DNA of 64,000 nucleotides. Origin: Takakia lepidozioides. Lineage: Eukaryota; Plantae; Bryophyta. Every line of letters begins with the position of its first letter. Position 1 is the stretch's first letter. The position numbers were made by a program, and so were the translations under genes. This document shows positions 37,601 to 48,710 of the stretch, piece by piece. The notes beneath the pieces are model-generated. The model saw only the letters and a list, made by a program, of their open reading frames with translations. It was not told where the DNA came from and did not search any database. The stretch covers positions 44,454,001-44,518,000 of the forward strand of contig CM060732.1 in assembly GCA_030704615.1 (NCBI GenBank). The letters run 5' to 3'.

Positions 37601-39263
37601 TCCAAGCAGGAGAGGGTGCCTCGCACCCTCAATATCCACAGTTAATGAATTGTCCATCCACCTGATGCCATCTGGCAAACCTTTACCACTTCCCAAATTT
37701 TGATCCCTTGTTGAAGAAATCCCTTCACTGGTGCAGAAAACAGGCCGAACAGCACCAAGCCATGTTGCATATCCTGCCCTGGCGCACGCAAGATCAAGAA
37801 CAGTGATGCGTTCTAATAGATCCACCAGACTCTCAGCAACATCAATAAGTGACACAGTCAAGTGCTGCAACACAGCAGTTTCTGCTGCTTGCTCTGCTGC
37901 TGCAAGCATCATTTCCTCATTATTTAGGTCCAAGGCAGTTGCTGGTTCCACAAACAGTGTAGCCCCTGAATTACTGACATCCAGTGTAACTCCCCCAGGT
38001 AACAGCCCCTTGTGTGAAGCTCTTACTGCGACACACAGCCGTGCTCTGCGTCGTGTCACAAGAGCTGAATCCATACCCCCGGCGTCTGCAACCATTCCAG
38101 CTGTCTCCTTCAGCAGAGCTTCCAGAGCCTTCATGTTGTCTCGCCTTTTTTGTCGGACAGCTGCCAGATCAGGGCTGGCTCTGTCAAGCACAGTGGAAAA
38201 GGAGCAGTCCAAGCAATGCTGGATTGACTCCCCCAATTCAGAGCATATATCACAACCAACCATAATTGATTGCAGCGGTTTCAGGGAGACATGATCTGAA
38301 GGTGTACAGCATGTAAATGGTGAGTTGGAGAACACACTGGATTAAATTAGTCAACAATCAACTTCTGTTTTACTGTTGATATACTGATCATGCTTGGCAA
38401 ACAACGAGGACAATCTTCAAACATACTTCTAAATGAAATACCTATGTCACTGAAGAGTAGAAGCTCAGAAGTGTAGAGCCTTCAGTGCTAATAAATGGAT
38501 AGGTTGCATTGCAGAATAGAGCTTAAATCAAGGCACCCCCACCTTGATGTATCTCGTCTGACCCAATCTGGGTGGAGGTATTTGCATCAGAGGAACTAAA
38601 AACCTGGTCATACAGCCGGCATGCTGAGGACAAAGTCTTTCTAACTCGACAAAGTTCATCAAACTGACAAACATTGCCAGAAAGTGCGCCTGCTATGATA
38701 GCCCGCAAGTCTTCGATATCAGAAAAGTCGAGGGGGCTGGAAAGCAACCTCACAGCTCCGGTCTGTGCTTGGAGCTGTTCACTTTCGAGTATACTAGCAC
38801 CAATTGGAAGGTAGCCCTCATTGGCTACGAAAATACCCATGGGAGTGGATGCAAACTCTGCCACCTGTGAGCAAATTGCTGGCCATTCCAGGAGACTCAA
38901 TGTCTCTCCTTTCACATCATCACTCTCCTCATTGTTCACAGATCCATCATCACTGTCAGCTGTTTCATTAGAGCTTTCAACAGATAGACTGTTTCCATCT
39001 TCTTCTGATAGGTATGCAACCCTGCTCGATTTGCACATAGTATTACCAACTCCCAGATGACCATGAACAAGACTGTACTCATTATTCCTGGCCCATGAAC
39101 TGATGAAAGATTGTGAATGAGCCACATACAAGTTTGAGAGAGTTGTATGGCTGGTGCTGCATGAAATCCTAGCGGGGCATTGACAGGACTTGGAGCACCG
39201 GGGATGGAAAGTTGCATATGCTTCACTTGATGTTAACAAGGCCGTAGGTTGGACTAGTGCCAT
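34631..39263 (-). CDS. MUTS2: MutS2 (MutS ATPase plus C-terminal Smr domain) with probable organellar transit peptide, ~1025 aa, 5 exons (39263-38543, 38295-37265, 36978-36454, 36099-35605, 34936-34631)
   Basis: ETLSLLEW, ITGPNTGGKT (Walker A), ADIGDDQSLERSLSTFSGH, LLDEIGGGTDPSEG, TTH, NASVEFD and Smr LDLRGNRVEEA...VHGMGTG; 3078 nt in frame. Confidence 0.95.
34960..35318. mobile_element. Possible MITE in the last MutS2 intron
   Basis: Perfect 15-bp IR gtgaccccctcaccc (34982-34996) / gggtgagggggtcac (35290-35304), plus outer tagggtc.../...gacccta. Confidence 0.5.
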
Positions 39264-39562
39264 CCCTGGCACATCCAGTGATCTCCCCAACCCACAGCGT
39301 AGAGGCAAAATAGGGCCTAGGATAGACAAAGGTGAACCCAGTATGGGATGTTGAATCAGCCCAAGTGTCTCTGATAAGGATCCACTACACACACTTCATA
39401 AAATAGTGTCTCCTCCCCCCCACTTTCATTGGTGAGGGGGCAATTCCAAGTTACCCCATAACTAACAGCTTTATGCTAAATGATTGGATTAACACAAGGT
39501 GTGTGGTTCTCCGCAGTCACCAGCTCTGAGGCCAATCCTAGGAGGCTGGACCACAGAGGCCC

Positions 39563-40450
39563 TCATTTGAGCACGATGGCAGCATTGCGCAGAGCGAGAT
39601 AGCCTTGAATGTAATCATCTGGAAGGGACCTTATCCTCTTGAATACCTCTGCATTTGCATACCTCAACTTTGTCCTCGGATCTGTGTAGGGTGCCTGCAC
39701 CACCACTCACACAAAAACACCCAAGGTGTTGGTGTTTAAAATGACCCACATAAAACTGGGAAATGATAAAAGCAATGCATTTAATAAAACACTAAGGACT
39801 CCAAGCATTTCAACAGCCCCCATGGAACAGAAGTGAAAGCTAATGATAAAGAGCTACGAACATGTGGCTTATCCAATAAGTCCACTATCCTCTGGTCCTG
39901 GACATGAGAATCGTCTACCGAGCTCCCAACAAGCAAGAGAACTTTGTGCAATTGAGGAAAAACGGACTGCTTCCTTACCTCAAAACCTGTAATGTCACAG
40001 TACTTCTTTGCGGGGTACATGGAAGGAGGTGCCTCAACGTTAGCATCTGCCATAGGCCCCCCAGCGCAAAAATTAACCAACTGACCTTTGACACTCTTTC
40101 AACTTGTGCCCAAAAGTGTACAGGTCCACGTCCTACAACTGGAAAGACACCGAACACTTTTGAAACCTCAAGCCCTAGTTGCAACATGGTTTTGGTCGAA
40201 GCGAACACATACAGTTGGGTTCATCTGCAGGATACAGATGGTAATTTTCAGCCTGCAAAATCTGCTTCAAATGCTTCCAATGGCGCCCCCGTGTTTGGCC
40301 CTTGGGGTATCGATCACTCAGCTGTGTGCGCTTAAATGGAAAAACAGAGGGGAGCAAAACATCGGGGTCCACCACCTCAGATGTGGATGCTGCTGTGGCA
40401 CCGAGTGCTGGTAGCACCTCCCTCCCTGAAGTGGGCTTTCCTCTCTGCAT
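39563..40450 (-). CDS. IES6: INO80 complex subunit C / IES6 (YL1 C-terminal domain), 145 aa, 3 exons (40450-40213, 40046-39979, 39694-39563)
   Basis: [58 protein letters not shown]...[12 protein letters not shown]; 438 nt in frame. Confidence 0.93.
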
Positions 40451-41988
40451 TCCAATGACCACCAATCGCACGTCCACTCTTCAGAGAAACAGCAAAGAGG
40501 GAGGAGGGGATGGAAGACAAAGAAATTCGATATTTCTGCCTTCTTCTTGGTGTACAAGCAGGCAAGTCTGACCCTAAAGAAGATGACCATTCACAGCAGG
40601 GCCGGACAATCTTACATTATCCACACTCACACCTCATGGATGAGGTTTGAAGTGAACGAACGTGTATCCTTCTACAGTGGGCCCCCTTGTCAGTGTTGGG
40701 TTTAGTGGAGGTATAATAGAGTTATCCGTAAAGGGTCCCAAACTGGGCATGAGAACCCCGTGTCAAGCGGTACGACTAGAAAAAAACACGGGACCAAACT
40801 GCCAGGACCATGAAAATGGGGGTGAAAGGAGTTTGGTGCCGAGTTTTGTTTGTCGTCGAGGCCAAGAGAGTCAGAGCTTGCGCCATAGCAAGCTTCTGGA
40901 GGAAGGTCGCGCATCGTTGGAGCACGTTTTTGTCCATTTGGGTGTGCTCGTTTGCAGATTGGAGTGCGCGCGGTGGGGAATCGTGGCCAGCGGCTGGTGT
41001 TTTCTTTCTTTTCAGACTCGTGCATTCTGGTCCTCAGGTGGGCTTTGGTGACTTCTTCTCTCAGCTGCAGGTTGTTTCGTTTACAGGGTTTGGGGGCAAC
41101 TTTGTGTTAACCTATGGCGGACTGCGAGGATGAATTGGACTACACTAACACTCAATCGTCAGAGGAAGCAGCCGTTGCCCTCCCCAGTTTACGATTTGGT
41201 GCCCAGTTTTTTGACTTCGTGCCCAGTTTTCTGCACTTTACGGATTAACTCAAACTCAGGATGAAACCCGTAACTCGGGTCCAAACAGGGCACCAAACTC
41301 GGGATTACCTTACGGATAACTCTAATAAGGGTACTATGCCTTTATTAGAAGAGGCTTGTTTGCCTCTGTGGGTTGTAAGCTGGCCTCGGTTGAGGGCATC
41401 TTCTCACTTCGTACCCAAATCCTGGCCTCCCTGTCTTCCTTTAGTGGTCTCGCATATAAAATTGTATTGCGCAGATTCAAAGTAAGCCAATGCCACAGGC
41501 TGCATTGCAGTGTGCTGCATTCTGCAGCAGGACAGTCTCTACCCATGCAGGCAAGCTCTGCCGTTGTTTTACAGTGGCCAAAGAAGCCGTCTACGGAAAC
41601 CCTTACGTACATTCAGTTTACACACCTCTGGATATTCCACTGCGGACTATCACTGCGTATGGAACTTTCGAGTACAGGAATTCTGTTTCCTTATGAGAAC
41701 TATGATTTCTAGACCTTCAGTGAGTGAAATCGAAAACTTTGGACCCAAAAGAAGCACAACCCAAGAAAATGAGATTTCAGTTGTCTCGAACTGTCTAGTA
41801 ATGCTTCCAGACAGATTCCAGCCTTACAAAATCTAGATTTTGTGATGCATTCACAAATTGCTGTTTGTTATTAAGTGGGCAATGTCAGTTGTCTTGGGAT
41901 CTCTGCTGGGGAGACAGTGGGTAGTGTGCACAGGTGTGTCTCATTTTTTCCTGAAACCCCTGTCCGTCGTTGTATTTCTTTTTCCCAG

Positions 41989-42158
41989 GATGAACATGCC
42001 CATGCACACTTGTGTGACCAGTTCAAAGCTCGCACAGTCCGCAGAGCCTATGTTGGCCGAGTGGAGGTACCAATTGGCCAGGACGTACGTGATCGGAAGT
42101 GCATGGCAGCAGTTCCTGATTCAATTGAATGCTCCAGGGCACGTCCAGCTGCAAGCAG
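41989..42158 (+). pseudogene. Isolated exon of an RluA-family (organellar) RNA pseudouridine synthase
   Basis: A 170-nt segment bounded by cccag and gtaat encodes DEHAHAHLCDQFKARTVRRAYV-GRVEVPIGQDVRDRKCMAAVP...ARPAASR. This resembles the plant PUS2-type DEHSHAHLAEQFK...GRIEIPIGRD...RMAA...ARHAASRY as I recall it, with an apparent in-frame deletion of about 11 aa. Confidence 0.7.
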
Positions 42159-42604
42159 GTAATCACCTTCGCCAGATTATGCTCTACTCTGTGGGCAACC
42201 ACAGTGAAAATTGGAGGATGTGAGATCCATTTGTTCCATGTCATAGATCTCCAGAAGCGTAGTTTCCGAATTGAGTAGCACTCATCAAACAGAGACAATC
42301 CGAGTACCATTTCGACTTAAAAACGGAGTCGAATTAATTCATGGTAGGGCTGCAGCTTGAACGGATTCTGTGCCTTATGATGATCTTAGGTGCTAAGAAT
42401 TTCCGCTTCATCTGCTGACTGTTCTGGGGTATTGTTGGGGAGATATTGGTTTGTGGTCCCACAAAGGAAATCCAATAGCCAAAGATTTTCTCATGGCCGA
42501 CGAAGAGAAAGTGGCAGCGATCATTTGATCTGAACATTCCTTCTGTGCAGAGTGGCATTGCATGCCGGTCATGTGAGGAGAGACCCTGACATGATTGATT
42601 GAAG

Positions 42605-44711
42605 GCAGGTTTCATGTGCTTGAAGTCCTGGCAGCAAATGGAACGAAAAGGGGTGATACCAAACTCTGTCACATTCATTTGTGTTCTCAATGCATGTGCC
42701 AGCCTTGCAGCCCTGGGAAGAGGCAAAGAGGTACATGCTGACATCAAGAAAGCTGGAATTGTGCCACACGTTATTCTAGATACTTCCCTTGTTGCCATGT
42801 ATGCTAAATGTGGGGGCCTAAAGGATGCCCGTAGAGTGTTCGACACTATGAGTCAACGCAATGTGGTCTCCTGGAGTGCCATGATTGCGGGATATGCTCA
42901 TGGTTGTGGCTTTTGAGACATATGACCTAATTATACGGGAAGGGGTAACTCCCAACAAAGTCACCTTCACTAGCGTTCTCAATGCGTGTGCCAATCTTGC
43001 TGCCCTGGAAAAGGGCAAAAATGTACATGCTGACATCCTGAAAGCTGGAATTGCGTCAGATATCATTCTGGATACTGCCCTTGTTGCCATGTATGCCAAA
43101 TGTGGTGGCATCAAGGATGCGCGTCGAGTGTTTGACTGTATGGTTCAACGAAATGTGGTTTCATGGAACGCAATGATCACAGGGTATGCACGGCATGGGC
43201 TTTGAAATTATTTGAACAAATGCAAAAGGAAGGATTGAAACCAGACGTGGTCTCATGGAGTGCAATGATTGCAGGATATGCTCAACATGGCTGCGGTAGG
43301 GAGGCTTTTGAGATGTATGAGCGGATGGCACAGGAAGGGGTGACTCCCAACAACATCACATTTATTTGCATCCTCAATGCGTGTGACAGCCTGGCAGCCC
43401 TGGAAAGAGGCAAACAGGTACATGCTGACATCATGAAAGCTGGAATCGACGCAGATATCATCCTGGACACTGCCCTTGTAGCCATGTATGCAAAATGTGG
43501 GAGTATCAAGGATGCGCGGAAAGTCTTTGACACTATGGCTCAACGGAATGTGGTCTCATGGAGTGCAATGATTGCAGGATATGCTCAGCATAGGTGTGGT
43601 AGGGAGGCGTTGAAGTTGTATGAGGAAATGATACAGGAAGGGGTGATGCCCTACAAGGTCACATTCACAATGTGTTCTCAATGCTTGTGCCAGCCTGGCA
43701 GCCCTGGAAAAGGGTAAAGAGGTCCATGCCAACATCATGAAAGCTAGCATTGCACCAGATATCATTCTGGAAAACACCATTGTTGACATGTATGCTAAAT
43801 GTGGGAGTGTACAGGATGCACGTCAAGTGTTCAACACTATGGCTGAACGAGATGTCGTCTCATGGAGTGCGATGATTGCAGGATATGCTCAGCATGGTTG
43901 TAGTAGAGAGGCCCTGCAACTATTTCAGCAAATGCAACAGGAAGGCTTGAAACCGAACGGAATCACCTTCATCTGTGTTCTGTCTGCATGTAGCCATGTA
44001 GGCCTAGTGGATGAAGGCCGTCACTATTTTGATTCCATCAGTCGAGATCATGGCCTCACTCCTACAGTAGAGCATTTTGGCTGTATGGTGGACGTTCTTA
44101 GCCGTGCAGGGAGACTTGATGAGGCAGAGGACTTCATTAGTAAAATGTCATGGCAATGTGGAAGTAGCAGAACGTGCAGCAAAAAGCCTTCTAAGTGGAA
44201 CGCTGCAACTTATGTGCTGCTATCCAACATCTATGCTGCGGCTGGCAGGTGGCGCGATACAGCTAAGGTGAGAAAAATGATGGAGGACCGAGGTATCAGG
44301 AAAATGCCAGGTTGCTGCCATATTGAGGTGGACAATCAGGTGCATGCATTTGTCGTAGATGATGAATTGCATCCACAAGTTCAGAATATCCATGCTGAAC
44401 TGAAGAGATTGTCTGGGCAGATGAAGGAGGCTGGCTGTGCCTGACACACGCTTTGTATTGCATGATGTGGAAGAGGAGAAAAAGGAATTTTCTCTTGGCC
44501 ACCATAGTGAGAAGTTGGCCATTGCTTTTGGGCTCATCTCTATCCCCCCGGAATGCCAATCCGCATCATCAAGAACCTCCGGGTTGGTGGTGACTGCCAC
44601 ACAGCCTCCAAGTTCATCTCGAAGATTGTTGGGCGAGCAATTGTTCTAAGGGATGCTAACCGCTTTCACCATTTCCAAGATGGCATGTGTTCTTGTGGGG
44701 ATTACTGGTGA
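42605..44711 (+). pseudogene. PLS-E-DYW PPR pseudogene
   Basis: Four to five P-L-S triplets, an E domain (YVLLSNIYAAAGRW), PG box, HSEKLA and CSCGDYW*. It is disrupted by indels near 42910, 43200, 43670, 44150, 44190, 44436 and 44548, and RVCGDCH has become RVGGDCH. Confidence 0.92.
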
Positions 44712-44974
44712 AACCTGCAATATGCATGAAAAGTGAGTTGCTTCAAAATGAAGGCAAAGGTGATATTTTCATTAAGAGTCAAGTTAAAGAACCAATCTGT
44801 GTTCTTCAATGTGACAGCCCATAACTGCCCCTTCTGTGACGTGACCATGGTGTTGCTCAGATTCATCCAGAAGCAGAGGGAAGAGGGTGGAAAACTTGCC
44901 AATTGACCATGTGCTTGTCTTATGTTTCAATATCAAGGGGAAACTCATAAACATTCAAGTGTGTTGATAAATGT

Positions 44975-45258
44975 ACCCCTTCTCGTCCTGGGAGTCTCTT
45001 GCCCCTGCAAACATGTTCATGCCGACGTCATCAAAGCTGGGATTGCACAAGATATTATCCCTTGTCGACATGTATGCTAAATGTGGTAACATGGAAGACG
45101 ACATGTTTTCGACAACATGACTCATCGGAATGTGGTCACATGGAATGCGATGATTGCAGGATATTCTCAGCATGGTTGTGATATGAGGGCTTTCAAGCTT
45201 TATGAGCAAATGATACAAGATAAGGTGACACCCAACAAAGTCACATTTATTTGTGTAA
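44975..45258 (+). pseudogene. Short PPR relic (one PLS triplet)
   Basis: HVHADVIKAGIAQDII, VDMYAKCGNMED, VFDNMTHRNVVTWNAMIAGYSQHGC and YEQMIQDKVTPNKVTFICV, with indels. Confidence 0.8.
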
Positions 45259-46177
45259 CTATGGGAGTTTTTGCTAGTTTGTAGCAAACATTCGTCCGAG
45301 ATTTTAGTGTGATAGCAAGAAATCTGTGGCTGGTGATTCAGTTGTCACTGTTTCTTGGCCCGTTGTGTTCCCTCCCTTCAATTTCCACCCAGCAGCGCCC
45401 GCAACAGTGCTGCCAGGTTGGGAGTGGAACTTCTACCAGAGAATGTTCACTTGGACAATCTTCAGAAACGTCCTCAAGAGCTTGTTAGCTTCCATCTGGA
45501 AGACATGGATTTGTTGACTGCAGGGAAAAATTGTAAGCAACAAACAAGTGGGCTCTAGGGTTGGCGACTGGAGTGCAGACAAAAAGGAGAAGAAAGGATT
45601 AGGATTTATGGAACAAACATTACTCATAAACATCAAGGGCCCCTGCACATGGCAGAAGCAAATATTTCGTGAGTACAAACACACATAAACACCAAGCGTC
45701 GGGCGGAAGTGGCCGAGGCCAGGGCAGCTTCATCTCACCTTCCGGCTCTTTGTGACCCACCTTCTCTCTTCTTGTCTGATCTCAGTAGGTGATGTTGATA
45801 GGCTCTGTCAGCTTGCTGTAGGCCCTCATTTGTACGTAATACAAAAGCACATACCAGAAAACAAGCGGCCTTTCTTGATGGGGGTTCCAATTCTCCACTT
45901 AGAGGTTCTTGTTAACTCTTGTACAGTCTCATTTGGGTCTTTTATAAAGCTTTGCAGAGCCTTGATAAGGGTAGGGGCATGCGATACCTGGCATTGTGAC
46001 AAGGTCCAGAAATTCTGACCCAACGTTGGCAACAGAGACTCGCCGAGGCTGGGCAGGCAGCAGAAGTGATAAAGCAATCATGGATGGATGTGAAAGCATT
46101 TCCTACAGATTTTAGCTGATACAGGCGCTTATGATGGGATTTGAGGTTTGGAGTATTGGCTATCTACAATCCTCTTA

Positions 46178-46546
46178 GAGCATCCCCACCCTACACTGAA
46201 CCCAGCCCGCATGCAAAATAGGACGGTGTACAGTTTCGAAGTGGGCTGGAAAACGTACACACCCTTGCCCCTGAACACTATATCCCGCAAAGGGTGGGCA
46301 TAGTATGCCCTAAACCTGAGCGCAATATACAGGGCCCTGAACTTGCTCTCATGCCCCTGTCAGTCAGCAGCTTGGCAGCAACCACGCCCCCTTCTGCCAA
46401 TGGAAAGGCAGAGCTGTGCGGGGGATAGCGCGGGCGATTCGGGGACGAGTTGGGGCTGCCCCGCCAAAGAACCTAACAGGGCCTATATCGATCACGCTAT
46501 CTTTGGCGTTACAGGGAGTCTTTGGGACTTAAGGGTGGGGATGCTC
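46178..46546. mobile_element. PIF/Harbinger (Tourist-like) MITE, 369 bp
   Basis: Perfect 15-bp TIR GAGCATCCCCACCCT / AGGGTGGGGATGCTC with flanking trinucleotides TTA and TCA. Confidence 0.8.
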
Positions 46547-48124
46547 TCACATGCTATTTGCTTGATAGATTTTTGCAAGTCAAGATTTGCATCTCATTTA
46601 CCAAAATGATAGGGAGATAAACTCTTTCCTGCTCTTTCGAGAGCAAGCAAAATCATAACTCAAGGTTGCAGTTCTAGGTCCTAGATGGGGTGCATATTCA
46701 CCTCGAATCTATAAAATATCAATCCATAGCCATGGAACATCGAAATCGAGCAGACCCAAGTGCATTGTGGAAGCAATTTGGAGCAGAAAAATCACGTTGA
46801 ATGAACACAACATGACATGACTTGGTCACATAAAATCCCTATATATATATATATAATTGTTATAGACCCTTTATACCCTCATCTTCAATGCAACAGTGGA
46901 GGAGTCCTGAACCCTCCTATTGCATAACAGTGGCAGGCCCACAGCCCACCCCCGAAAGGGGCCAGTAGCCGCAAGGCGAAGTGGCTCTTAGCACGCCAGT
47001 TTCGGCCAGAGTCTTCTCTCTCTGGCAGGCCCACTCTCTCATGACTATGCCTCTCTCCTCACCTCTCTTCTGCTAACTCTCTTATGCTAACTGCCGCTAG
47101 CTAATGCCTCCAACTCTAGTCCCCTCACACCTACAGCGGACCACATTCTAGAAGATTCGTCTCTGGGCACGGTTACTGCTTGCATGTAGCCACCAAATGG
47201 GCCCCACATGCAATTGTCACTTTCATGAGGCATGCAATAGCGATGTGGGGCCTGCATGCAATAGCCACCCTCTTTAGGACAACCTCTTAGACATCCACCC
47301 CGCTTGGGTTGATTTTATTGGCTCTATCTGCAAGGGATAAAGGCATTGTAGAGACATCTTGCCTAGGCGGAGAACGGAGAACTAGGCTTATCCAAGGGAT
47401 AGAGGCATTGTGGAGACATCTTGCTTAGGGGGAGAACTAGGCTTATGCTTTAAGCCTAGTTTATGGAGGGTTGATGGGCATGATTCATGAAGCCGTGGAA
47501 AAAGTGTAAAACAACAACCCCAAAATCAACGAAGGAAAGAGTAAGGACAGAACCTCTTCTGGCGGAGCCACTTGTTTTTTAAACAATTTGGGGTACACAT
47601 TGGCTCTCCCCTCGGGAGGAGACTAAGCAATCGGTTTCTCCGCTTGTCACGGGACCAGCTTTCACGGGATCAAAGTTTTTGTTGGATAATTGTCATCCAT
47701 TGTCACATCCTCCTTGGAACCCATGTAGTGACAGAAGGAAGTAATGTTCGCGATTGAGATTAGTACAACACTGGGGTTTTCAGTAGGACAAGACGGTGAG
47801 AAGATCATAGACAGTTTCAGACAGCCAGTAGATAGGATTGTAAATGCTTGCAACAGCCTTTGAAATGCATGAAATGGCACGCAATGAGGTTATCTACAAG
47901 AGAGAACCCTAAAAACCATGGTTCTCTCTTTTCTTTCTCGTGGGGTCCTGCGATTGCGACTGGTACATCGCTGAGGTTTTCAGCAGGATGACATGAGAAT
48001 ATCAGAGACATGTGATAAAATCAAGATTGATTCAAACAGCCAGCAGTTGGGATTATGAATTTCTTGCAGCAGAGATGGCACGCAATGAAGTTATCTGCAA
48101 GAGAATTATTCACTAAAGTAAGTG

Positions 48125-48650
48125 TACCAAAATAGCAGTTGGAGATAATTCAAGTTGAGCATCTAGTTATGTTATCTAATTCTGTTTAGTTTTTTTAAGT
48201 TAGCTTCAATTAGCAGTTAATTGTTAGAGTGGCAAAATAGCAACCGGAGATAACTAAGCATCCAGTTATGCTATAGTTATCTCCATCTAGCATAGACTTG
48301 AGTATAAATAAGAAGAGTTTTAAGAATACCAGAATAATATAGTTATAATTATCTCAGCTAATTCTGCTCAGTTAGCTTACATTAGCTTTAGTTACCAGTG
48401 ACTCAAATCACACTAGTACCAGAGTAACAACGGGAGATAATTTAAGTTGAGCATGCTACAGTTATGCTATAGTCTCAAGTAATTCTGCTCAGTTATTTTA
48501 AGTTAGTTTCAGTTAATAATGACTCGTCAGAGTATCAAAATAGCAACTGGAGATAACTCAAGTTGAGTATCTTTAGAATTAGGTTATAGTTATCTCAGCT
48601 AATTCTACCATAGAACTTGAGTATACATAGGAAGTCTAGCTTAGAGACGG
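48125..48650. repeat. AT-rich degenerate tandem array, 4 units of 105-190 bp
   Basis: The motif aaaatagca...ggagataa.tcaagttgag.at...agttat recurs near 48129, 48234, 48420 and 48537. Confidence 0.8.
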
Positions 48651-48710
48651 AATAACAATTTGTCGTAATCCTATTGACAGTATTTTTCCCATGCATTAGC
48701 ACGAAAAGCG

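Noticed and set aside
13887-40450. NPF, DWF1, ASS, VTI1, MUTS2 and IES6 as a functional or biosynthetic cluster
   Set aside because: They belong to unrelated pathways with mixed orientation and no signature cluster enzymes.
42605-44711. PPR-DYW frameshifts as programmed recoding or tiny introns
   Set aside because: The lesions are irregular deletions that remove conserved residues, lack GT-AG borders and include loss of a zinc-ligand Cys.
45326-46077. Short ORFs downstream of the PPR relic
   Set aside because: Some wording is protein-like, but there is no identifiable family or splice chain.
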